Assembly: GCA_965219445.1 (NCBI GenBank) | Contig: CBDCNQ010000004.1 | Location: 64,001-128,000 of the forward strand | Direction: 5' to 3' | Source: Longimicrobiales bacterium | GTDB lineage: Bacteria > Gemmatimonadota > Gemmatimonadetes > Longimicrobiales > Gaopeijiaceae | DNA: 64,000 nt | In this document: piece by piece, positions 41,059 to 50,985 of the stretch | Position numbering within the stretch: the stretch's first letter is position 1 | Layout: each line of letters starts with the position of its first letter | Made by a program: the position numbers and the translations under genes | Notes under the pieces: model-generated | Told to the model about the DNA's origin: nothing | Databases searched by the model: none | What the model saw: only the letters and a program-made list of their open reading frames with translations

Positions 41059-41541
41059 ATGGCTGGATCCGCCGGATCACCAGAGACATCCCTCCGCCGA
41101 CTGTGGAAGAGACTTTCGGGCCTCCCGGGCGGAAAGTGGATGTTCAGCCAGGCCATGCGTTTCATGGTTCCCTACAGCGCCACGATCCGAGCACGTGTTG
41201 AAGTGCTCGAGCCTGGGTACGCCCGTCTGTCCCTTCGGGATCGCCGCCGGGTTCGGAACCACCTTCGGTCCGTGCACGCCGTGGCACTCGTCAACTTCGG
41301 TGAACTGACGAGCGGCCTCGCAATGCTTTTGGGCCTACCGCCCAGTGTCCGCGGCATCGTGACCGAAATATCCACGGACTTCGTGAAGAAGGCGCGAGGC
41401 CGTCTCATAGCCGAGTGCAGGTGTAACCCTCCGGCCGTATTGGAGCCTACCGATTACAGGGTGACGGCCGAGATCCGGGATCACACTGAAGACGTCGTGG
41501 CGCGTGTGGCGGTATTGTGGCGGCTGGGGCCCAAGCCATGA
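41059..41541 (+). CDS. Hotdog-fold thioesterase-like protein (DUF4442/PaaI-like)
   Basis: [36 protein letters not shown]. Confidence 0.8.
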   Translation: MAGSAGSPETSLRRLWKRLSGLPGGKWMFSQAMRFMVPYSATIRARVEVLEPGYARLSLRDRRRVRNHLRSVHAVALVNFGELTSGLAMLLGLPPSVRGIVTEISTDFVKKARGRLIAECRCNPPAVLEPTDYRVTAEIRDHTEDVVARVAVLWRLGPKP

Positions 41542-41605
41542 CCGGACACCGACTTTGACGGCTCATGAGGCGTGAGGGGCCACGAGGCGTGACCGAGCGC
41601 TCGCC

Positions 41606-42640
41606 ATGACGGATCAAGGGTCCACGTCCTTCCTGCCGACGCCGCTCACTTTGGACGCGGGGGTCGCCGTTCCCATCGTGTGTGGCGCCATGTACCCCTG
41701 TTCCAACCCCGAGCTCGTCGGGGCGGCCTCACAGGCGGGCGCTCTCGGCGTGCTCCAGCCGATCTCTCTTACGTACGTCCACGGGTACGAATTCCGGGCC
41801 GGCATCCGCAAGATCCGTTCCCTCACGGACCGACCGATCGGCATGAACGCGCTCATCGAGCAGTCCTCGAAGCTGTACCGGCGGCGGATGGAGGAGTGGA
41901 TCGATACTGCACTCGAGGAGGGTGTGCGGTTCTTCGTGACCTCATTGGGCAAGCCGGACTGGGTGGTCCAACAGGTCCAGCCGGTAGGCGGTCGCGTCTA
42001 TCATGACGTCACCGAGCGCAAGTGGGCGCAGAAAGGGGTCGACGGTGGAGTCCATGGCCTCATCGCCGTCAACAGCCGGGCGGGTGGACACGCCGGGCCG
42101 CTCGACGCCCGGGCCCTCCTGGATGATGTCGGCGACCTCGGGTTGCCGGTGGTGTGCGCGGGTGGCGTTGGGCGGGAGGAGGAGTTCGTCGCTGCCCTGC
42201 GAATGGGATACGCCGGCGTTCAAATGGGTACGCGCTTCATCGCGACCACGGAGTGCTCCGCGAGTCCCGAATACAAGCAGACCATCATAGACGCTGAAGA
42301 GGAGGACATCGTGCACAGCGAGCGTCTCACCGGCGTGCCGGTAGCAGTGATCAACACTCCCTCGGTCCAGAAGCTGGGTCTGAATGCCGGGCCCCTGGCC
42401 CGCTGGATGCTTCGAGGGCGGCGCACCAAGCACTGGATGCGCACGATCTACGCCCTGAAGTCCCTCTGGCAACTTCGCCGGTCTCTTCACGCGAAGAGCG
42501 CTCGAGGGGACTACTGGCAGGCCGGTAAGAGTGTGGCCGGAATTCGGAGCGTAGAGCCCGTCGCCTCCATCGTCCGCCGCTTCTCCGAAGCGGCTCGCTC
42601 CGCTGGGATCACAGCCATCGATGAACGGCCGACCGAGTAA
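41606..42640 (+). CDS. Nitronate monooxygenase / FabK-like FMN oxidoreductase
   Basis: PIVCGAM, RAGGHAG, PVVCAGGVG, GVQMGTRFIAT.E. Confidence 0.88.
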   Translation: MTDQGSTSFLPTPLTLDAGVAVPIVCGAMYPCSNPELVGAASQAGALGVLQPISLTYVHGYEFRAGIRKIRSLTDRPIGMNALIEQSSKLYRRRMEEWIDTALEEGVRFFVTSLGKPDWVVQQVQPVGGRVYHDVTERKWAQKGVDGGVHGLIAVNSRAGGHAGPLDARALLDDVGDLGLPVVCAGGVGREEEFVAALRMGYAGVQMGTRFIATTECSASPEYKQTIIDAEEEDIVHSERLTGVPVAVINTPSVQKLGLNAGPLARWMLRGRRTKHWMRTIYALKSLWQLRRSLHAKSARGDYWQAGKSVAGIRSVEPVASIVRRFSEAARSAGITAIDERPTE

Positions 42641-42865
42641 GCGGTAGGGCCGCTACGCCAGAGGCCGAAATAATTGCTAACGGTGTCCTCGGCGATAGCT
42701 TACCCTTGGAAAAGGGGGAGGAGGCCTCGCTCCTGCTCGCGCTGCCGTCGCGAGACTCCGACACCAGACCAAACCGGCGCCCTATGCCTTGGAACCAGCA
42801 CCAGAGACGTTGAGGAGGTCACGATTACAAGCATGACTACGTCATTCCAGTCCTGTTGGAAGAAC

Positions 42866-43975
42866 ATGTGGCTTCGTGTCTCAGTCCTGCTGGCTGCTTC
42901 TAGTCAATTGGTGCTGGCCGAGTTGGCGTTGGCCCAGACGCCCATAGAAGGAGCCCTCGCAGCCACGGTGATCATCGAGACGTCCGGCGCGGATGGACAG
43001 GGACTGGGACACGGGAGTGGCTTTGTCACGTCCAGTGACGGCATCATCGTCACCGCTGCTCATGTAATCCAGGGAGCGACATCGGCAACGGTGCGGTTCC
43101 AGAATGGAGACGAGCTTGACGTCGAAGGCGTGATCCAAGTCGACTGGGCTAAGGACTACGCCATCGTGCGGGTTGCAGGATTTGATTTACAGACGGTGGG
43201 GTTGGGGAATGCAGACGAGGTATCGGTTGGCCAGAGAGTCATCGTGATAGGTGCTCCCATGGACCCCACCCTGGCGGGAACCGTGTCGGATGGGTTGGTG
43301 GCCGCAAGCCGTATGTGGGATGGGACCAGGCACATCCAGATTAGCGCGCCCACATCGCCGGGAAATTCCGGTGGCCCGGTGATGACGGAAGAGGGTGAAG
43401 TCATCGGACTGGTCGTGAGTGGAATTAACGCGGAGGGAGCAGAGAACCTCAACTTTGCTCTGCCGATAAACTATGTGCGGGGGCAGCTTTCCCTCGCCGC
43501 TACCAGACCCTTACAGCCGCTGGCAGAAGTCCAGGAAACGATAATTGCAGAGACAGCCGGCTCCTCGACGGGTCGGCCGACGTACAGCAACCCGCCGACG
43601 TACGGCGACGTCAACCTCGATGAACGCTTCCTGCCGGATCCCTATGAGGTCTCGCTGACCGCGGGCGGCGGCATCGATGTCGACATCGGTGAGTGCAACT
43701 ACGGATACGTGGCCGAGTCCCCTGACGTAGATTTCTACTACGCGACCTCCGGCGACGCCGACCTATACGTATACGTGAACGGCACTGAGGATACCACGTT
43801 GCTGCTCAATCAACCGAACGGTAGCTGGGTGTGCGACGACGATGCTCTCGGCGACAGCAACCCGGTGGTGGTCATTCCTGCAGCAGCGGCCGGCCTGTAC
43901 AACATCTGGGTGGGTACCTTCGACCCCGCCACCACTGCCGCGACCCTCTTTATCTCCGAAAGAGATCCGCGTTAG
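42866..43975 (+). CDS. Secreted trypsin-like (S1C) serine protease with C-terminal beta-rich domain, no PDZ
   Basis: Signal peptide, GSGF, TAAHV, KDYAIV, PGNSGGP, NFALP; C-terminal DTTLLLNQPNGSWVCDDD domain. Confidence 0.85.
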   Translation: MWLRVSVLLAASSQLVLAELALAQTPIEGALAATVIIETSGADGQGLGHGSGFVTSSDGIIVTAAHVIQGATSATVRFQNGDELDVEGVIQVDWAKDYAIVRVAGFDLQTVGLGNADEVSVGQRVIVIGAPMDPTLAGTVSDGLVAASRMWDGTRHIQISAPTSPGNSGGPVMTEEGEVIGLVVSGINAEGAENLNFALPINYVRGQLSLAATRPLQPLAEVQETIIAETAGSSTGRPTYSNPPTYGDVNLDERFLPDPYEVSLTAGGGIDVDIGECNYGYVAESPDVDFYYATSGDADLYVYVNGTEDTTLLLNQPNGSWVCDDDALGDSNPVVVIPAAAAGLYNIWVGTFDPATTAATLFISERDPR

Positions 43976-43988
43976 CCGGAACTGTGTT

Positions 43989-44735
43989 TCAGCGATAAGC
44001 CGGGTTCTCGAAATCGCTCCGGCAGCCGGCGTCCCATGAAGTGCGCTGGTTTCCGTGGGCCGGAATCCCACCCGTGTCCTTAAGCGCCCGGGCCAGATGC
44101 ATCAGGTTCCACGTCATGAACGTCGTGTTGCGGTTCGTGAAGTCGTTTTCCGGCCCGCCCGACCCGGGGTCGAGGTACGATGGTCCGGGCCCGGCTTCAC
44201 CCAGCCAAGCCGCATCCGCCTGCGGCGGTATCACGTATCCCAAGTGCTGGAGAGAATAGAGGATGTTCATCGCACAGTGCTTCGCGCCGTCCTCGTTACC
44301 GGTGATGAGGCATCCTCCGACACGTCCGTAGTAGGCGTATTGACCCGCTTCGTTTAGAAGATGGGAGCCCGCGTAGAGACGCTCGATGACCCGGGTGCAG
44401 ACCGAAGTTTTTTCTCCCAGCCAGATCGAGGAGCCGACCACCAGGATGTCGCTCGCCATCACCTTCTCGGAGATCTCGGGCCACTCATCCTCCGGCCAAC
44501 CGAGCTCCCTCATGTCCGGCCACACGCCGCTAGCGATTTCGTAGTCGACTGGCCGTAGGACTTCGACCGAAATCCCACTCTTCTCCATGATGGTCTTGGA
44601 GATCTCGATGAGGCCCTCGGTGTGGGACATCTCCGGAGACTTCTTGAGCGTGCAGTTGAGAAAGATCGCCCGCAGGTCTGAGTAGTCCCACGGGCTCGAA
44701 GTACAGAGCTGCTCCTGTTGTTCGGTCAGGGCCAT
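43989..44735 (-). CDS. Multimeric flavodoxin / NADPH-dependent FMN reductase family protein
   Basis: NCTLKKSPEMSHT, SDILVVGSSIWLG, ITGNEDG. Confidence 0.82.
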   Translation of the reverse strand: MALTEQQEQLCTSSPWDYSDLRAIFLNCTLKKSPEMSHTEGLIEISKTIMEKSGISVEVLRPVDYEIASGVWPDMRELGWPEDEWPEISEKVMASDILVVGSSIWLGEKTSVCTRVIERLYAGSHLLNEAGQYAYYGRVGGCLITGNEDGAKHCAMNILYSLQHLGYVIPPQADAAWLGEAGPGPSYLDPGSGGPENDFTNRNTTFMTWNLMHLARALKDTGGIPAHGNQRTSWDAGCRSDFENPAYR

Positions 44736-44768
44736 CTGAGATCTCCACTCTTGACGGTTCGTCGAACG

Positions 44769-46403
44769 CTATATGGGGCAGACCAGGTTCCCCAGTTTCT
44801 CGGTCAGCTTCATGTTCTCCGAGTAATCCACCGGGCAGTCGATGATTACCACCGTGTCGTCGGTAATGGCCTGCTTGAGCGTGGGGACCAGTTCGTCGGC
44901 GGCCTGCACCCGATAGCCCTTGGCCCCGAAGCTCTCCGCGAACTTGACGAAGTCGGGATTGTTGAACGTGATGTGGCTGGGTCGCCCGAAGTGACGAAGC
45001 TGATGCCAGTGAATCAGTCCATACTCGGCGTCATTCCAGATGAGAATGATGATGGGGGTTCCGATACGAAGGGCGGTCTCGATCTCCTGGCAGTTCATCA
45101 GGAATCCCGCATCGCCCGTCACGGTTACCGCGGTATGCTCAGGATGGGCCAGCTTCGCCGCGATGGCACCCGGCACGCCGATCCCCATGGCGGCGAAGCC
45201 ATTCGAAATGATGCAGGTATTGGCGCGCTCGGCCTCATAAAGCCGGGCGGTCCACATCTTGTGGGCGCCCACGTCGCTTATGACGATGTCCTCCGGCTCG
45301 AGCACCTGGCGAAGGTCCCAGAGAATGCGTTGGGGCACCATGGGGAACGCCGGACTCTCCGCGTGCTCGGAGTGCTCCCGGAGTACGAAATCGCGCAGTG
45401 TGCCAAGTTTCGGCTCGTGGTGAGGCTTGGCCAGCTCTCCGATCCGCCGCAGGGACTCACCGACGTCGCCAATGACACCGGCGGCCAGCATGTAGTGCTC
45501 ATCCACTTCGGCCGGCGTTTCGTCGATGTGTAGAAGCTGCGCGTGCTTTTCAGGATGCCATAGGTACGGATGGTACTCGATCATGTCGTAGCCCACACAG
45601 ATGATCACATCGGCCCGGTCGAACCCGCAGTCGACGTAGTCGTGCGCCTGTAGGCCGACCGTGCCGAGACTCAGCGGGTGCGAAAACGGTATCGCGCCCT
45701 TGGCCATGAACGTGGTCGCCACAGGAATCTGGAGCTTCTCGGCAAACGCCTGAAGCTGCTCCGTGGCTCGGGAGCGGATGATCCCGTTCCCAGCCATGAT
45801 GATCGGGTGCTCGGCACTCGAGATGACCTCGGCCGCCTGCTGGACCTTAGCGCCGGGGGGCTCCGGGGTCGCCGCCGCCTGTACCGTGAGAGGCTCCTTT
45901 CCTTCGACATCGGCCCCGGCAATGTTTTCAGGAAAGTCGATGAAGCTGACGCCGGGTTTTTCCGCTAGCGCTTGCTTGAACGCCTTACGAACCACCTCCG
46001 GAATGATCTCCGGCTCCCGGATCTGGGTGCTGTACTTGGTTATGGGCGCGAAGAGGCTGACCAGATCGAGGTGCTGGTGGCTCTCCTTGTGCATCCGCGT
46101 GGTGGCCGCCTGACCCGCGATGGCAACGACCGGCGCCCGGTCCATGTTCGCGTCCGCTACCCCCGTCACCAGATTGGCGGCGCCGGGACCGAGGGTCGAC
46201 AGGCAGACCCCCGCTCTGCCCGTCAGCCGTCCGTACACGTCGGCCATGAAGGCGGCACCCTGCTCATGGCGCGTGGTGATGAAAGCAATCTTGCTGTCGA
46301 GCAAGACATCCATCATGTCGATGTTCTCCTCGCCCGGGATGCCGAAGATGTAGTCGACGTCCTCGTTCTCAAGGCACCGGACGAGGAGCTCGGCGGCTTT
46401 CAT
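44769..46403 (-). CDS. Acetolactate synthase large subunit-like TPP enzyme
   Basis: IFGIPGEEN, TRHEQGAAFMA, STLGPGAANL, TPP motif GDAGF..WND. Confidence 0.92.
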   Translation of the reverse strand: MKAAELLVRCLENEDVDYIFGIPGEENIDMMDVLLDSKIAFITTRHEQGAAFMADVYGRLTGRAGVCLSTLGPGAANLVTGVADANMDRAPVVAIAGQAATTRMHKESHQHLDLVSLFAPITKYSTQIREPEIIPEVVRKAFKQALAEKPGVSFIDFPENIAGADVEGKEPLTVQAAATPEPPGAKVQQAAEVISSAEHPIIMAGNGIIRSRATEQLQAFAEKLQIPVATTFMAKGAIPFSHPLSLGTVGLQAHDYVDCGFDRADVIICVGYDMIEYHPYLWHPEKHAQLLHIDETPAEVDEHYMLAAGVIGDVGESLRRIGELAKPHHEPKLGTLRDFVLREHSEHAESPAFPMVPQRILWDLRQVLEPEDIVISDVGAHKMWTARLYEAERANTCIISNGFAAMGIGVPGAIAAKLAHPEHTAVTVTGDAGFLMNCQEIETALRIGTPIIILIWNDAEYGLIHWHQLRHFGRPSHITFNNPDFVKFAESFGAKGYRVQAADELVPTLKQAITDDTVVIIDCPVDYSENMKLTEKLGNLVCPI

Positions 46404-47010
46404 GGGTTGCGTCCTTTCGTTTCAATGCCCGCGAGCGCTTGCAGTGCCCTCGAGGTGGTGGAGGTGATGACGATGCATCGACGTAGCTGAATTGCCAAGA
46501 GCGAGCAGGTGGAGCTTCCTTACCCACCATGGCGTGCCTCACGATTTTCGTGATATCGACCCTTGACAGCGAAGCAAAGGCTCGCTTTCCCGTCTTCTTG
46601 CGTGCCGGGGTACCCCCGGTGAGCTTGCCCAATCCCTCAACTGACCATCGAAGGGACACTCGAATGATTCCGGTTTTCCTTCTTAGCAAGGAGATCACAC
46701 CATGACGAGCAAAGCCAGAATTCTGGTGACTGGAGCGACCGGGAATACCGGAGGTGCGGTCGCGCGTCAGCTCCTTCATGAGGGCCACCCCGTGAACGCC
46801 CTCGTGCGGAGGCAGGATCATAGGGCGGACGCGCTCGCCAAGGGAGCTAGGATCAAAGGCATCATAGGGGCATGGCGACCGCTACCGGTACCGATCAGCA
46901 GCGAAGCAGCCCGAAGACGAAGAGGCGTTCTCCTCCGGGAACGGGTGCGCGTTCATCATTATTCGCGCAAGCAAGCAACCCAACCCGTCCTATCCAAGAG
47001 GAGAACGCCC

Positions 47011-48066
47011 ATGGAGAGATATATCGGACTCGACGCACACGCGTCGAGCTGCACGCTGGGGATTGTAGGCCCCAGCGGCAAGCGCTTGGGCTCGCAGGTG
47101 GTGGAGACGAACGCGCGGGCGCTGATCGAGGTGCTGCGAGGGATTCCGAGGAACCGGCACTTATGCCTGGAAGAAGGGACGCTGTCGGGGTGGCTGTACG
47201 AGGTGCTGGAGCCGCACGTGGAGGAGCTGACGGTGGCGGGGGTCGGCAAGAGCCGGGGCCCGAAGACCGACAAGCTGGACGCGTTTGCCCTGGCGGAGAA
47301 GCTGCGGATCGGATCACTGGAGACGAGGGTCTACAAGAACCGGGGCCAGTTCAGGCGGCTGGGGGAACGGGCGAAGAGCTACGACTTCCTGGTCGGCGAC
47401 ACGGTGCGGGTGAAGAACCGGCTCAAGAGCGTGCTGCGCTCGAGAGGAGTGGCCTACGGCGCGGGGCGCTCGGTCTACTTAAAGCGCGACCGGGAGGAGT
47501 GGTTGGCCAAGCTGCCGGAAGCGAGCAGGACGACGGCCGGGTTGCTGTACGAGGAGCACGACGCACTCGTGGCATTGAGGGCGAAGGCCGAGAAGGCGTT
47601 GCTGGCGGAAGCACGCAAGCATCGAGAGTGGCATGTGCTGAAGACGTGCCCGGGTCTGGGTCCGATCCGGACGGCGGAGCTCCTGCCGGTGGTGGTGACG
47701 CCGTACCGGTTCCAGAGCCGGAGCAGGTTCTGGGCGTACTGCGGACTGGGCGTCGTGATGCGGAGCTCGTCGGACTGGGTGCGGGGTCCGGGTGGGCGGT
47801 GGGTAAGGGAACCGGTACAGCAGACGCGGGGGCTGAATCGGAACTTCAACCACACGCTGAAGCGTGTGTTCAAGGGCGCGGCGACGACGGTGATCGGTCG
47901 GGCCGAAAACGAACCCTTGTACCGCCACTACGAGCGACTCCTGGAGGGGGGCACGAAGCCGAATCTGGCGAAGCTGACGATCGCGCGTCAGCTCGCCTCG
48001 ATCGTGCTAGCGGTGTGGCGCACGGGCGAAGCGTACGACCCCAAGAGACTGGAAGCGACGGAGTAA
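47011..48066 (+). CDS. IS110-family DEDD recombinase (transposase), 351 aa
   Basis: GAGGAG RBS; YIGLDAH (D), CLEEG (E), KTDKLDA (DD); C-terminal PGLGPI..YCGL..RSSS domain. Confidence 0.93.
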   Translation: MERYIGLDAHASSCTLGIVGPSGKRLGSQVVETNARALIEVLRGIPRNRHLCLEEGTLSGWLYEVLEPHVEELTVAGVGKSRGPKTDKLDAFALAEKLRIGSLETRVYKNRGQFRRLGERAKSYDFLVGDTVRVKNRLKSVLRSRGVAYGAGRSVYLKRDREEWLAKLPEASRTTAGLLYEEHDALVALRAKAEKALLAEARKHREWHVLKTCPGLGPIRTAELLPVVVTPYRFQSRSRFWAYCGLGVVMRSSSDWVRGPGGRWVREPVQQTRGLNRNFNHTLKRVFKGAATTVIGRAENEPLYRHYERLLEGGTKPNLAKLTIARQLASIVLAVWRTGEAYDPKRLEATE

Positions 48067-48139
48067 ACCGGCCTGGGATCGGCGAGCGTGGGGTCGAAAG
48101 CGGTCACAACATGGGGTCCGACGAAACGGAAGCGAACCG

Positions 48140-48330
48140 GTTACAGGGGACAGCATCCATACACACCGTGGGCCGGGGCAGAGAGCCCAAGCCCCCACTC
48201 AAAGGCTATGCACCCCTGGAGAGCCGAACGAAGCGATGGGCCACAGAGTCCCAGATAGAAGGATGGTTCCCGCTCCAGAGCGGAGAACGCGACGGCTGTG
48301 AACGTCTTCCGGACTGCGATGCGGACCCTG
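48140..48330 (+). ncRNA. Putative bridge/seek RNA of the IS110 element (boundaries approximate)
   Basis: Stem cagggg/cccctg encloses an internal loop with tacacacc (48160-48167) and tcaaagg (48199-48205), matching the insertion site; atagaagg (48255-48262) matches the element right end plus core. Confidence 0.75.
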
Positions 48331-48551
48331 CGAGCGCACCCCTCCCCACCCTGAGTCGTCGACCGGGCAATCCAAACCATGCGGACGCCGACGGTCAAAA
48401 AATGAGCCGACGGCGCGTGGGGAAGGTGCGTCTTGACCGCCAGCCCCATAGAAGGGTGTGTAAAAAAAGAGGCGACGTACCTTTCCGCTAGGTAGTAAGA
48501 AGTTAACCAGCGAATCCCGGGTGAGCGCCCGGGGGAAAGGAACGATGCCTC

Positions 48552-49797
48552 GTGAGGAAGAATATGGTGGGACCCGAGAGTGAGTCCAGCACGCCGACGT
48601 GGGAGTGCTTGGAAGCGCTGGTTCGTGAGAAGGCCCAGGAGATGGTCCAGCGGATTCTGGAGGAGGAAGTGACGGAGTTGCTCGGCCGGGAGAAGTCGGA
48701 GCGGAAGACGGTCGTAGACCCGGCGCCAGGCTACCGCAACGGCTACGGCAAGGCTCGGCGGCTGGCGATGAGCTCGGGCACGATCATGCTCCGACGGCCC
48801 CGGGTTCGAGGCATTGAGGAGCGGTTCGAGAGTCGGGTGTTGCCGTTGTTCGCACGACGGACGAAGGAGGTGGGTGCTCTGCTTCCGGAGCTGTATCTGC
48901 ACGGGCTGGCGGAGGGAGACTTCGAGCTGGCGATGCGGGGCCTGCTGGGCGAGGGGGCCCCGTTGTCGAAGTCTTCGATTCGGAGACTGCGGGCGGGATG
49001 GACGGCGGAGTTCGAGGAATGGAGCCAGCGTCGCCTGGAGGGCCGTGAGGTCGTCTACGTATGGGCGGACGGGATCTACGTGAAGGCAGGGCTCGAGCGG
49101 GACAAGGCAGCGCTGCTGGTGGTTCTCGGTGCGATGCGAGACGGGACGAAGGAGGTGTTGGCCCTGAGATCGGGCTACCGAGAGTCGGTCGAGTCCTGCT
49201 CCGAGGTGTTGCGGGATCTGAAGGCACGCGGCATCGAGGCGCCCCGGCTTCTGATGGCGGACGGCAACGCGGCGATCTGGGGCGCAGTACGGGCAGGTAT
49301 GGCCTGAGGCGGGCGAGCAACGGTGCTGGAACCACAAGATGAGGAACGTGCTGGACCGGCTGCCGCAGCGGGAGCAGAGCGAGGCGAAGGATCTTCTCAG
49401 GACCGTGGTCTACGCACCGAGGCGGTCCGAGGCGCTGAAGGCCCGTGAGGCGTTCGCCAGGCGCTACAGACCGTGGTATCCGAAGGCGGTGGATGTACTC
49501 GAGGACGACTGGGAGCGGATGGTGGCGTTCTACGACTTCCCCGAGGATCACTGGAAGCATCTACGCACGACGAACGTGGTCGAGAGCCCGTTCGCTGCGC
49601 TACGGCTCAGGACGACGGCGGCGAAGCGATTCAAGCGGGTCGAGAGCGCTACGGCGCTGATCTGGAAGTTGCTCTTGGTGGCCGAGAAGCGGTTCCGAAG
49701 GCTCGACGCTCCTCACCTCCTCAAGGACGTGTTTGAAGGAAGGAAGTTCGAAGACGGAAAGCCCGTCTCAACCCAACAGCGGAAGAATGCCGCCTGA
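48552..49797 (+). pseudogene. IS256-family (Mutator) transposase with +1 frameshift near 49291-49293
   Basis: YRNGY, LYLHGL..GDF, WADG, MADG. Removing one G gives AVRQVWPEAGEQRCWNHKMRNV, continuing to LRTTNVVES. Confidence 0.88.
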
Positions 49798-50985
49798 TAC
49801 GTTTACACACCTATTGACCCAACCTCCGCCAAGGCGGGGGCCAAGGTAATCGTGGGGGACCTCCTCGAGCCCGAGGACCTCCGGCACGCCATGACAGACG
49901 CGCAGAGGGCCTACTACATGGCGCCATGGGCTCCAAACCAACTTCACGGGGCGATGAACTTCGCCGTGGCCGCGGCGGATTCCCGCTTGGAAGTGGTGGT
50001 CGCCATCACGCAGTGGCTGGCGCAACCGCAGCACCCGTCCGTCGCCACGCGGCAGAGCTATCTGACCGATCGAGTCCTCGACTGGATGCCGGGCGTCGAT
50101 TCGATCAGGGTGAATCCCGGATGGTTTGCGGACAACTACATGGCGGTGCTGGGCACCGTCGCGCAGCTCGGGATCTTCCCTTACGCGCTCGGCGAAGGAA
50201 AGGCCGCGCCGGTATCAAACGAGGACATCGCCCGCGTCGCGGTAGGGGCGTTGGTGAACCCCGGGCCCCACGTCGGCAAATACTACCGACCCAGCGGTCC
50301 CGAGCTCCTCGATCCCCATCAGCTCGCGGCGATCTTCGGCAAGGTGCTTGGGCGCTCCGTCACCTACCGGGACATGTCCCCTCGGATGTTCAACAAAGCA
50401 CTAAAGGTCGTGGGCATGAGCCCCGTGCTCATCAGTCAGCTCCAGCACTACCTGGAAGAGTATCGTCGCGGAGGCTTCGCTGCGGGGGCGCCCAACGATG
50501 TGGTTCAGCGCGTCGGCGGTTCCGCCCCCGAGGACTTCGAGACGATCACACGCCGGTACGTGGCGGCGAACCCCATGACCCGTCGTAGCTTGGCGAACAA
50601 GCTCCGCGCCATCGCGGAGTTCGCGAAGATCGTTCTGGCCCGGACACCGGACGTCTCTGCATACGAACAGAGGCAGAATCATCCCTTGCTAAGAGACCCG
50701 AAGTACGGCTTGGACTACGCGCCTTGGCGTAGATCACATGCCGTCCCGAACGCGTACGGGCTCGAGGGGGTTTTCAACCAGGGACACCTCCACCCGTCCG
50801 ACCAACGTACGTCCGGGATCCAGGACTCCATGGAGGCTGCTCAATGAAGATGGCTATGCATGCCCCTCCATCGATTGGAGGGCCGGGGGCGGACCGCGGC
50901 TGATCACCTTGCCCGGACAACGTCGACAGGTTCTGATGCTGAGAACCCTGGCCTTGGGCTTCATCCGAACAGCGAGGACGTAGCC

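Larger units (their letters stand above)
46860..48455 (+). mobile_element. IS110-family (IS1111-like) insertion sequence
   Basis: aagg core at 46856-46859 and 48452-48455; subterminal imperfect IRs ggggcatggcg / cgccagcccc; long 3' non-coding region. Confidence 0.9.
46844..49826 (+). mobile_element. IS256-family insertion sequence (left IR split by IS110)
   Basis: TSD cgccaagg at 46836-46843 and 49827-49834. Reconstituted IRL gagctaggatcaaagggtgtgtaaa matches the reverse-complemented IRR (49802-49826) gaggttgggtcaataggtgtgtaaa at 20/25. Confidence 0.92.
46702..50847 (+). pseudogene. NmrA-family NAD(P)-binding protein gene interrupted by IS256::IS110
   Basis: 46702-46843 (ILVTGATGNTGG..DALAK) joined to 49835-50847 (AGAKVIVGDLLEP..) restores an in-frame 384-aa ORF; 8-bp duplication cgccaagg at both junctions. 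Confidence 0.92.

Noticed and set aside
46702..48066. 454-aa Rossmann-transposase fusion as a genuine evolved gene
   Set aside because: Explained by the nested insertion; the recombinase has its own RBS and ATG at 47011
46872..48491. 539-aa alternative-frame ORF across the IS110
   Set aside because: Low-complexity Gly/Ala/Arg shadow frame typical of high-GC DNA
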